Source: a bacterium
Lineage (GTDB): Bacteria > Cyanobacteriota > Vampirovibrionia > Gastranaerophilales > JBAXKC01
Assembly (NCBI GenBank): GCA_037137535.1
Contig: JBAXKC010000003.1
Location: 64,001-128,000, forward strand
Reading direction: 5' to 3'
DNA length: 64,000 nt
Shown here: positions 30,261-40,021 of the stretch, in pieces
Layout: each line of letters opens with the position of its first letter
How positions within the stretch are numbered: position 1 is the first letter of the stretch
Made by a program: the position numbers and the translations under genes
Notes under the pieces: model-generated
What the model was told of the DNA's origin: nothing
What the model saw: the letters and a program-made list of their open reading frames with translations, nothing else
Database searches by the model: none

Positions 30261-30611
30261 TTAAACCGGAACAGCCATTGCTTCAGCCATTTTAGAAGAA
30301 GCGTTCATGAATTCGTTTATGTCACTGTTAAAATACTGCTTAATCAGCATTTTAATTGCGTTTTCTCCTGCATCTATTCTTGATACTTTTGATCTGTAAA
30401 AATACTTTTTGCCTAGTTTAATTCTAACAACTTCTTCCTTTTCTACAAGTCTGTCTAAGACTGTTTTTATTGTGGTGTAAGCCCACTTTTGAGACTCAGA
30501 ATTTATCGTGTTTTGAACGTCTGATACATCAATGTGAAGTTTATCATTTTCTTCCATGTTCCATAATGCATTAAGCACAATATTCTCTAGATGTCCCTGT
30601 TTAAGGTTCAT
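30261..30611 (-). CDS. BlaI/MecI/CopY family transcriptional repressor
   Basis: LE..VLNALW, WAYTTIKTVLDRLVEK, KYFYR wing. Confidence 0.9.
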   Translation of the reverse strand: MNLKQGHLENIVLNALWNMEENDKLHIDVSDVQNTINSESQKWAYTTIKTVLDRLVEKEEVVRIKLGKKYFYRSKVSRIDAGENAIKMLIKQYFNSDINEFMNASSKMAEAMAVPV

Positions 30612-30717
30612 TGTTTTCTCCTACACTAAGCTACTCATATTATTTTATGAATAATACGCACGAATAAAAGACATATTATGTCTAATATTTACAAATATTA
30701 TTACATTTTGATATTTG

Positions 30718-31035
30718 TTAATTATTTTTATCGTTTTCAGGTCCAAAAGTTATATCATGAGGTCCAAAGCCACTATGGGTATTAAACCCTGGGGCACTAT
30801 ATGACCCAAAATCATCGCTTTTATTGCTCTTGTCTTTATAAATAATGGCACCTGATTTAGATATTATAATTTCGTTTTTATCTTCATTATTTTCTATTCC
30901 ATACAGTTTATTTATTTCTTCTGAGTTCACAATGTGGCCCATTTGGGTACACGATGTTGTTACCATAGTTAAAATAACGGTGGTTAGTAACAACAGGAAA
31001 AATTTTCCCAAACGGCCCGACATATCGAACCTCAC
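30718..31035 (-). CDS. Hypothetical lipoprotein
   Basis: Hydrophobic signal ending in lipobox-like TTSC. Confidence 0.6.
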   Translation of the reverse strand: MRFDMSGRLGKFFLLLLTTVILTMVTTSCTQMGHIVNSEEINKLYGIENNEDKNEIIISKSGAIIYKDKSNKSDDFGSYSAPGFNTHSGFGPHDITFGPENDKNN

Positions 31036-31142
31036 ATCTTCTTTTTATTCAATTATCACTTTATACTACAATTATAGAGCTTTTTCATGAAATTTTCATC
31101 AAACTTTAATATGATATTTCTTTTTATTTACAATCAAAATTT

Positions 31143-32012
31143 TTATTCATTATTAATTGAAAAATATACATCTTTTAATCTTTTTTTACTTACATGGGTA
31201 TAAAGCTGTGTGGTTGATACATCGCTATGTCCCAGTAATTCCTGCACTACTCTTAAATCTGCTCCGTTTTCCAGTAAATGTGTTGCAAAACTGTGTCTTA
31301 TAACGTGGGGGCTGATTTTTCTATTTATAAGTTTTCCTAAATTATTGATGAATCTGTAAATATCCTGACGTGATAAGGTTTTTCCATTTGCTTTAAGAAA
31401 AAAAGCATCTTCGTTTTCATTATATTTTAAAAGAAGTAGTTCTCTATCTTCTAAATATAGTTTTAATGCATTTTTTGCTTCGTCTCCAATTGGTACTATT
31501 CTTTCTTTTGAGCCTTTTCCAAAGCATCTTACATAGCCGTTAGAAAGATTTATATTTGATAGTTTTAAATTTACAAGCTCTGATACACGAAGACCTGAAG
31601 CGTATAAAAGCTCTAGGATTGCTTTTTCTGAAGAGGTCAGCTTTTGAGCAAATAAAAGCTCCATTTCTTTTATACTTAGCACTTTAGGTAGTTTTCTTGC
31701 TAATTTTGGCTGTTCTATGCTTACTGTAGGGTCGTATTGAATGTATTCATTAGAAATAAGCCATTTAAACCAGCCTCTTACGGATGCAATCATTCTTGTT
31801 GTAGAAGATGCCGCATAGCCTTTGCCTCTTAGCTCTCTTATAAATACATTCAGAGATGATCTTGCGATATTTTCAAATTCATTTATATTATGTTTTTCTA
31901 AAAACTCTATAAAAATAGAGAGATCAGTTCTATAGCTTATTTCCGTATTATTAGAAAGACCTCTTTCAAGGATTAGATAATCTATATATTCACATAGATA
32001 TTGATAAAACAT
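31143..32012 (-). CDS. xerD: Site-specific tyrosine recombinase XerD
   Basis: ERGLSNNT, LLYASGLRVSEL, GKGSKER, PHVIRHSFATHLLENGADLRVVQELLGH..STTQLYTH. Confidence 0.9.
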   Translation of the reverse strand: MFYQYLCEYIDYLILERGLSNNTEISYRTDLSIFIEFLEKHNINEFENIARSSLNVFIRELRGKGYAASSTTRMIASVRGWFKWLISNEYIQYDPTVSIEQPKLARKLPKVLSIKEMELLFAQKLTSSEKAILELLYASGLRVSELVNLKLSNINLSNGYVRCFGKGSKERIVPIGDEAKNALKLYLEDRELLLLKYNENEDAFFLKANGKTLSRQDIYRFINNLGKLINRKISPHVIRHSFATHLLENGADLRVVQELLGHSDVSTTQLYTHVSKKRLKDVYFSINNE

Positions 32013-32050
32013 TTTTTTAAGTCCAATCCTGTTTTTATAAGCTGTTTTGA

Positions 32051-33409
<1,359 letters not shown>

Positions 33410-33469
33410 GCTGAAATAATTACTTCTTATTGAGAATGAAACTAGTTATAAAAGTTGTATAATATTAAT

Positions 33470-33512
33470 AAAAGCAGGAATTCGACTCTAATTTGTAAAA
33501 TTCCTGCTTTTT
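33470..33512 (+). terminator. Terminator after serS
   Basis: AAAAGCAGGAATT...AATTCCTGCTTTTT inverted repeat. Confidence 0.7.
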
Positions 33513-33591
33513 CTTTGTTTGAAAAATTAAAAAGTTTATTTTTTTTGCAAATAATAATATTATTAAAATGTAAGATAATAAAGGGCATAAA

Positions 33592-33792
33592 ATGGAGATT
33601 AATCCTAAAAGAGTCAGATATGTGAAGCCTTCTTTGCAGGGAACAGGCATTATTCCTGTCGGAGCAGAGGGTAATGTGCTATTATTTATTAAACATCCTG
33701 TAACCTCAAAACTTTTAGTTGATTTTCCTTCATTTGAAAAAGCAATAGTGCCGTTAAGCAGTGTAGAAATATTAGAGGAACACAATGGATAA
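33592..33792 (+). CDS. Small hypothetical protein, possible SH3-like barrel (DUF4926-like pattern)
   Basis: 66 aa, overlaps the start of the next gene; IPVGAEG-V...LVDF...VP..VE pattern. Confidence 0.6.
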   Translation: MEINPKRVRYVKPSLQGTGIIPVGAEGNVLLFIKHPVTSKLLVDFPSFEKAIVPLSSVEILEEHNG

Positions 33793-35641
33793 AATTAAAG
33801 ATTTGATACTTAAAAAAGAACTAAGGCATCTTTTTTATGTGCTTTTTACCTCAATAATGATTTTTTTCTTGTTTACACTTGGTCAATTAACTCAGGTAAA
33901 TAAATTTTTAGAATCTATTGAGTTAAAAACTCTTGATTTTAGATTTGCTATTCCAAATAAAAAAATGGCGACTAATCCAAAAATAGTTATTTTAACTATT
34001 GATGATAACAGCCTTGAATTTTTAGAAGAAGAATTTGGCAGATGGCCATGGAGTAGAAATGTTTACACTAAAATGATTGACTATCTTGAACAGGATAAGG
34101 TTGGTCAGGTAATCTTTGATTTAATGTTTCTTGGTTATCAAAAAGGGCTTGAAAATAAAGATATAGAGCTTGCTAAAACTATGGGTAATTACCATAATAT
34201 TTATACTTCAATGAATTTTGATTCAAGAATGGATAAAATAGCTCCTCCTTTACCGTCTTATATGAAAATTAATGTGGAAAATAAATCTTCAAATATTAAT
34301 CTTTCTGATTTGGAATATTCTAATGTAAGACTTATTTTGCCTGAAATCATTAAATATAATAAAAATATCGGAATGATTAATCTTTCCCGAGATGTTGACG
34401 GCATAAGTAGAAGATGTCCAATATTTTTAAAATATAATAATACCTTTTATCCGTATTTAGCTTTTAAAGCTGCTATAGATAATATTAAGCAAAATGAAAA
34501 TATAAAAATTAATAAATTTATAATTGATAAAAATAACGATGTTTTAATAGGAAGTAAAAAGATTCACCTTGATAAAGACGGTAAAATGATAATCAATTGG
34601 TATGGGGCTAACCATTCTTTTGAATATATTCCTTTTTATAAGATCATAAAATCTATTAATAATATAAAAGCAGGAAAGCCTCCTGTTATTCAGCCCGGTT
34701 ATTTTAAGGATAAAGTTGTGTTTGTAGGTGTTACTGCTACTTCTTTATTTGATATAAAATCAACACCTTTAAGTAATATTTATCCGGGGGTAGAAGTGCA
34801 GGCAACTGTTTATAATAATATTCTCGATAGAAATTCTGTAAGGAAATTTGGAGATTTAAGTAATTTATTAATTTGTATGGTTCTTGGAGTCTTAACCTCT
34901 TTGATCGTTATTAGAATACGTTCTTCCTTCTTTTCCTCTTTCGCTACTATTATGCTTGCGTTAATTTATATTGGTTTTGCCTCATATCTATTAAGGTATC
35001 ATTTTATCTGGATTGGCATGATTAATCAGATAATTATTATGACTTTAACCTTTACATCTATGTTTATTATTAAATATTTATTGAAATCACGAGATTTTGA
35101 ATATACTTATAAACTTGCTACAACTGATGGGCTTACCGGGCTCCATAATCATAGGTTTTTTCAGGAGCATATGGTAAATAGCCTTGATAGAGGAAAAAGA
35201 TACAAATCAAGTTTCTCTCTATTACTTGTAGATATTGATTTCTTCAAGAAATTTAATGATACATACGGACATCAGGCAGGTGATGCGGTTTTAAGACAAG
35301 TTGCAGATACTTTAAAGAAAATGGTGAGAGCTTCTGATCTTGTTGCCCGTTATGGCGGAGAAGAAATGACTATTGTTCTTGATAATACAAATATTAATGA
35401 GGCTATGCTTATAGCGGATAAAATATGCAAACAGGTTGCCTTTAAGCCCTATAGGTTATCAGAGGGGATTGAACGGCATGTTACCATTAGTATCGGTGTT
35501 TCAACATATCCTTTTCACGGTGAAACTTCTGCTGAACTTATTGAATATGCGGATAGAGGTTTATATAGAGCAAAGGAAAATGGTCGAAATCAGGTCGGCT
35601 CATTAGAAGAAGATGATGAAATATTAATCGAAGATAAATAA
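33785..35641 (+). CDS. CHASE2-domain membrane diguanylate cyclase
   Basis: RWPWSR, DVDGISR and PGVEVQA CHASE2 motifs, 3 TMs, DIDFFKKFNDTYGHQAGD, RxxD I-site (RASD) and GGEEM. Confidence 0.93.
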   Translation: MDKIKDLILKKELRHLFYVLFTSIMIFFLFTLGQLTQVNKFLESIELKTLDFRFAIPNKKMATNPKIVILTIDDNSLEFLEEEFGRWPWSRNVYTKMIDYLEQDKVGQVIFDLMFLGYQKGLENKDIELAKTMGNYHNIYTSMNFDSRMDKIAPPLPSYMKINVENKSSNINLSDLEYSNVRLILPEIIKYNKNIGMINLSRDVDGISRRCPIFLKYNNTFYPYLAFKAAIDNIKQNENIKINKFIIDKNNDVLIGSKKIHLDKDGKMIINWYGANHSFEYIPFYKIIKSINNIKAGKPPVIQPGYFKDKVVFVGVTATSLFDIKSTPLSNIYPGVEVQATVYNNILDRNSVRKFGDLSNLLICMVLGVLTSLIVIRIRSSFFSSFATIMLALIYIGFASYLLRYHFIWIGMINQIIIMTLTFTSMFIIKYLLKSRDFEYTYKLATTDGLTGLHNHRFFQEHMVNSLDRGKRYKSSFSLLLVDIDFFKKFNDTYGHQAGDAVLRQVADTLKKMVRASDLVARYGGEEMTIVLDNTNINEAMLIADKICKQVAFKPYRLSEGIERHVTISIGVSTYPFHGETSAELIEYADRGLYRAKENGRNQVGSLEEDDEILIEDK

Positions 35642-35646
35642 ATCCT

Positions 35647-35679
35647 AAAAGGTTGTAGTGTTTTACCGCAACCTTTTTT
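35647..35679 (+). terminator. Terminator after the diguanylate cyclase
   Basis: AAAAGGTTGTAG...CCGCAACCTTTTTT. Confidence 0.7.
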
Positions 35680-35921
35680 GTTTGACTATACTTATCCAGC
35701 AAAATAATTTTTGCGAAAAGAGGCAAATCGCTCGATTAGTGTGTTTTTTTAAGTAATTATTAAAAAATACGTTGGACTGGTATATACAAAAAATGCAATA
35801 TAGTGTAAAATAAACACTAATAATTGGCTTTATATTAACTACTTGTGTCTAATTGTGTTTGATTTGTTTTTTTTATACCGTCATTTATTGAACGGGATAA
35901 ATAAGAAAAAGGTATAAATAT

Positions 35922-36872
35922 ATGAGTATAATAGAAAAAAATATGAATATAAAAGAAGATGTAACTGCTTTAGTGGGTAATACCCCTATGGTTTATTTAA
36001 AAAGGCTGACTAAAAATTGTGTGGCAAAAGTTGCTGCTAAGTTGGAATGTTTTAATCCTGCAAATTCTGTTAAAGATCGTATTGGTTTTAATATGATTGA
36101 ATTTGCTGAAAAAGAAGGAAAAATTCAACCGGGTTTAAGCACTCTTATTGAGCCTACAAGCGGAAATACAGGAATAGGCCTTGCTTTTGTAAGTGCAGTA
36201 AAGGGTTATAAGCTTATTTTGACAATGCCTGAAACAATGAGTATAGAAAGAAGAATGCTTTTAAAGGCTTATGGTGCTGAATTAGTTTTAACTCCCGGTG
36301 AATTAGGAATGAGAGGGGCTATTGAAAAAGCATTAGAGTTAGCAAAAGGTATTGAAAATTCTTATATTTTTCAGCAATTTGAAAATCCCTCTAATCCTGA
36401 AATGCATTCAAAAACAACAGCTGAAGAAATATGGAAAGATACTGATGGAAAGATAGATATTTTTGTTGCGGGAATAGGAACAGGCGGAACTATTTCGGGT
36501 GTTGGGCGAGTATTGAAGCAAAGAAACCCTAATATTAAGATAATAGGTGTAGAGCCTGAATCTAGTCCTGTTATCACTCAGGGAAAAGCAGGTGCGCATA
36601 AAATTCAAGGCATAGGAGCAGGCTTTGTTCCTAAGAACCTAGATATGTCAATAGTTGATGAGATTATTACAGTTTCTGATAATGATGCGATTGAAACCGC
36701 TCGCAGACTTGCAAAGGAAGAAGGGCTTCTTTCGGGTATTTCCTGTGGAGCTGCTGCTTTTGCGGCTGTCAAAGTAGCTGAAAGAGCTGAAAATAAAGAT
36801 AAATTATTAGTAACAGTATTGCCTGATTTTGGAGAAAGATACTTGAGTACTGTTCTATTTCAGGATGTTTAA
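35922..36872 (+). CDS. cysK: Cysteine synthase A
   Basis: [12 protein letters not shown] lysine, [22 protein letters not shown]. Confidence 0.97.
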   Translation: MSIIEKNMNIKEDVTALVGNTPMVYLKRLTKNCVAKVAAKLECFNPANSVKDRIGFNMIEFAEKEGKIQPGLSTLIEPTSGNTGIGLAFVSAVKGYKLILTMPETMSIERRMLLKAYGAELVLTPGELGMRGAIEKALELAKGIENSYIFQQFENPSNPEMHSKTTAEEIWKDTDGKIDIFVAGIGTGGTISGVGRVLKQRNPNIKIIGVEPESSPVITQGKAGAHKIQGIGAGFVPKNLDMSIVDEIITVSDNDAIETARRLAKEEGLLSGISCGAAAFAAVKVAERAENKDKLLVTVLPDFGERYLSTVLFQDV

Positions 36873-36905
36873 AAACAACGTACGTGATAAATATAAAATC
36901 AAGGA

Positions 36906-37595
36906 ATGTTAGACATGTTTTTGTCAACGATTAAAGAGGACATCAAAACAATATATGAGAAAGACCCTGCGGCTGTAAATCTTTTTGAGGTGTTATGCTG
37001 TTATCCGGGGTTACATGCTTTATTTTTACATAGAATTGCTCATAAGTTATATGTATGGAGAGTTCCCGCTATTCCCCGAATGATTTCAAATATTTCAAGA
37101 TTTATTACGGGTATTGAAATTCATCCAGGGGCGAGAATAGGTAAAAGATTCTTTATAGATCATGGTATGGGAGTTGTAATCGGTGAAACAGCTATAATCG
37201 GTAATGATGTACTTCTTTATCAAGGTGTAACTCTTGGAGGGACAGGCAAAGAGCATGGGAAACGTCATCCTACTTTAAAAGATAATATAGTTGTAGGTTC
37301 GGGGGCGAAAGTTTTGGGAAATATAACATTAGGAAATAACGTAAGAGTAGGTGCAGGTTCCGTAGTAATTACTGATGTGCCTGATGATTCTACGGTAGTT
37401 GGAATACCGGGGCGAATAATATCGCAAAAAGGAGTTAAAATGACTCCTCTTCATCATGAAGATATGCCGGATCCGATAAAAGATGCAATTAACAATCTTA
37501 CGGATGAAATAAAAGAGTTTAAGGGCTTTATTAAAACTGAAATAGCAATTTGTCCTTATAAAAAAGAAGAGTTTAAAGACGGTGGAGGTATTTAA
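36906..37595 (+). CDS. cysE: Serine O-acetyltransferase
   Basis: TGIEIHPGA, FIDHGMG, KRHPT hexapeptide repeats; C-terminal Ile (DGGGI) as required for CysK binding. Confidence 0.96.
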   Translation: MLDMFLSTIKEDIKTIYEKDPAAVNLFEVLCCYPGLHALFLHRIAHKLYVWRVPAIPRMISNISRFITGIEIHPGARIGKRFFIDHGMGVVIGETAIIGNDVLLYQGVTLGGTGKEHGKRHPTLKDNIVVGSGAKVLGNITLGNNVRVGAGSVVITDVPDDSTVVGIPGRIISQKGVKMTPLHHEDMPDPIKDAINNLTDEIKEFKGFIKTEIAICPYKKEEFKDGGGI

Positions 37596-37606
37596 TACCT
37601 CCTTTT
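37584..37606 (+). terminator. Terminator overlapping the cysE stop
   Basis: GGAGGTATT-T-AATACCTCC-TTTT. Confidence 0.6.
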
Positions 37607-37671
37607 GATTTTTAAATTCTATTCAGATTTGAAGGAATAATTAATTTTTGTAAAAGATACACTTAATAGTA

Positions 37672-37699
37672 TTGTAAGTGTATATTAAACACGTATAAT
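37672..37699 (+). promoter_or_regulatory. Sigma70-type promoter overlapped by a palindrome
   Basis: TTGTAA-N16-TATAAT; ATACACTTA-N9-TAAGTGTAT (37657-37683) overlaps the -35. Confidence 0.55.
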
Positions 37700-37704
37700 T
37701 TAAC

Positions 37705-37846
37705 GTTAAGAAGAGAAATATGAGCTGGGTCTTATCTTAAAGAAAAATTTGATTTTTCTTTAGTGCTTTATTTTGAGAGATTAAACAAGCTTAAATAAAA
37801 GCATAGAGTTTCATAAAAGTAGCCTTCTTAACACAGAAGGTTTTTT
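37705..37846 (+). ncRNA. Candidate structured leader RNA/attenuator (or sRNA)
   Basis: P1 GTTAAGAAG/CTTCTTAAC encloses two hairpins and overlaps terminator CCTTCT-N6-AGAAGG-T6. Confidence 0.5.
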
Positions 37847-37892
37847 AATACTTTTAGTGAGTTATTGTAAAAATTAGGAAGCGAGGCAGGGA

Positions 37893-38618
37893 ATGTTGAA
37901 CACAGTTAATCATGGTCTTATGGCAAGATCACAAAACAGAACAGCAGTAGCAACAAGACAAACAGTACCGGCATTTAAAGGTGGAATAGAAAAAGTTGCA
38001 GTTCAAGCAGCAGATGGGTTTGTAACAAAGGCAGCTGCCGAACTTGGGGAGATTAAATTCGTAGATAGAGCAAGAAAAGCTCTAATGGCTGGAGAACCAG
38101 GCAGAGCATCGATTCTCTATAAAAAAGCAATACCACAAGTTGTTAAAAAATTTCAAAATGAAGCTGAAAAAGTTGCTTTATTTTTTACAGAAGTTTCACA
38201 AGCATTATTTAGCGGAGCAGGAAAACTTCTTGATGAGTCAACTCAATTAGCAAAAGGTTCAACCGAGTTAGCTAATCGTGCAGTTGTTATTGCTGAAAAT
38301 AAAGGTGATGATGTTGCTAAAGCTGGAACAAAAGTTATTAAAGAACTTACAGAGAAAAATGCTGATCAAGTTTGCCATTCTTTAATTGGTACACCTGAAG
38401 CACAACAAGAATTTGCTCAAGGTATCATTAAAAGTGCAGCACCAAAAATTATTGAACAAAATGAGCTTTATCAGCTTAAAGTAGCAAGTGATGCAGCAAA
38501 AAATAAAGCTGAGCTTGAAGCTCTTCAAGTTCAAATGAAGTTAGAGCAAATGAAACAAATGATGCAACCTGAAAAACCACATGGTGAATTTGGTTTTAAC
38601 ATAGCAGACGCAAAGTAA
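37893..38618 (+). CDS. Orphan Ala/Lys-rich helical protein with N-terminal VPAFKGG motif
   Basis: 241-aa ORF with SD-like GAGG, own terminator, C-terminal coiled coil; no Sec signal. Confidence 0.8.
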   Translation: MLNTVNHGLMARSQNRTAVATRQTVPAFKGGIEKVAVQAADGFVTKAAAELGEIKFVDRARKALMAGEPGRASILYKKAIPQVVKKFQNEAEKVALFFTEVSQALFSGAGKLLDESTQLAKGSTELANRAVVIAENKGDDVAKAGTKVIKELTEKNADQVCHSLIGTPEAQQEFAQGIIKSAAPKIIEQNELYQLKVASDAAKNKAELEALQVQMKLEQMKQMMQPEKPHGEFGFNIADAK

Positions 38619-38634
38619 TATTAATATGAATCTT

Positions 38635-38664
38635 AAAAATCCCTCTAAAAAAGAGGGATTTTTT
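38635..38664 (+). terminator. Intrinsic terminator
   Basis: AAAAATCCCTCT-AAAAA-AGAGGGATTTTTT. Confidence 0.85.
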
Positions 38665-38724
38665 GTATGTAAAAATTTAGCTGATAAAATTATAAATATA
38701 AATATATAAAAAGGAGCTTTAAGA

Positions 38725-40020
38725 ATGATAGAACGATATACAAGAAAAGAAATGGGTTATATCTGGACGCAGGAAAGTAAATTTCAGGCTATGCTTGATG
38801 TTGAGCTTGCTGTTTGTAGAGCTCATAATAAATTGGGTAATATCCCAGATCAGGATTTGAAAAATATTGAAGAAAAAGCAAAATTTGACTTAGATAGAAT
38901 TTTAGAAATTGAAGAAGAAGTAAAACACGATATAATAGCTTTCGTTACTAACTTAAATGAGAATATAGGCGAATCTTCAAGGTTCGTTCATATGGGTATA
39001 ACAAGTTCTGATGCAATAGATACAGGGCTTGCCGTTCAGTTAAAGCATGCAAATGAATTAATTAAAAAAGATATTATAGAAGTAATTGACGCTCTTAGAG
39101 AAAAAGCAAAAGAACATAAAGAAACTATCACAATCGGAAGATCTCACGGCATTCATGCAGAGCCTACTACTTTTGGGGCAAAACTTTGCGTTTGGCTTGA
39201 TATTATGGAGAGAAACCTCGAGAGATTTAATAATGTTGCTGAAGAGATTAGCGTTGGACAAATAAGCGGACCAGTCGGAACTTTTAGCAATATTGAACCT
39301 CAAATTGAAGAGCTTGTGTGTGAAGAGTTAGGATTAAAACCTGCAAAAGTTTCTACTCAAGTCATTCAGAGAGATTTACATGCTCATTATCATCAGATAT
39401 TGGCACTTATTGCTTCTACAATAGAACAATTCTCTGTAGAATTAAGACATCTTCAACGTACAGAAGTTCTTGAGGTTGAAGAAGGATTTGCCAAAGGTCA
39501 AAAAGGTTCATCAGCTATGCCTCATAAAAAGAATCCTATAAGTGGGGAAAATTTAACAGGACTTGCCAGACTTGTAAGATCAAATTCTTTTGCCGCTCTT
39601 GAGAATATTCCGTTATGGCATGAAAGAGATATAAGCCATAGCTCTGTAGAAAGAGTAATATTCCCCGATAGTACTATCCTAATTGACTATATGCTTAATA
39701 GATTTAAAGGTGTTATAAATAATCTTGTTGTTTACCCTGAAAATATGCTTAAAAATACCCGACTTTTCGGTGGTGTTATTTATTCACAAAGAGTTCTGCT
39801 TAAATTAACAGATAAAGGACTGTCAAGAGAAGAAGCTTATAAACTTGTTCAAGAAAATGCTCATAAAGCTTGGAATAAAGAAAATGGCAATTTTAAAAAC
39901 AATCTTCTCTCTGATCCAAATGTAACAAAGGTTTTAAGTGAAATTGAAATTGATGAATGTTTTGATCCGCAATATTATTTAAGAAACATAAACCATATTT
40001 ATAAACGAATGGGAGTTTAA
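38725..40020 (+). CDS. purB: Adenylosuccinate lyase
   Basis: MIERY, GRSHGIHAEP, GSSAMPHKKNP, WHERDISHSS. Confidence 0.97.
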   Translation: MIERYTRKEMGYIWTQESKFQAMLDVELAVCRAHNKLGNIPDQDLKNIEEKAKFDLDRILEIEEEVKHDIIAFVTNLNENIGESSRFVHMGITSSDAIDTGLAVQLKHANELIKKDIIEVIDALREKAKEHKETITIGRSHGIHAEPTTFGAKLCVWLDIMERNLERFNNVAEEISVGQISGPVGTFSNIEPQIEELVCEELGLKPAKVSTQVIQRDLHAHYHQILALIASTIEQFSVELRHLQRTEVLEVEEGFAKGQKGSSAMPHKKNPISGENLTGLARLVRSNSFAALENIPLWHERDISHSSVERVIFPDSTILIDYMLNRFKGVINNLVVYPENMLKNTRLFGGVIYSQRVLLKLTDKGLSREEAYKLVQENAHKAWNKENGNFKNNLLSDPNVTKVLSEIEIDECFDPQYYLRNINHIYKRMGV

Positions 40021-40021
40021 A

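Noticed and set aside
31143-32012. Integrase marking a mobile element
   Set aside because: Sequence fits housekeeping XerD; no att repeats, tRNA or cargo genes nearby
35700-35900. Cysteine regulator operator or T-box before cysK
   Set aside because: Only weak AT-rich inverted repeats; no recognisable consensus
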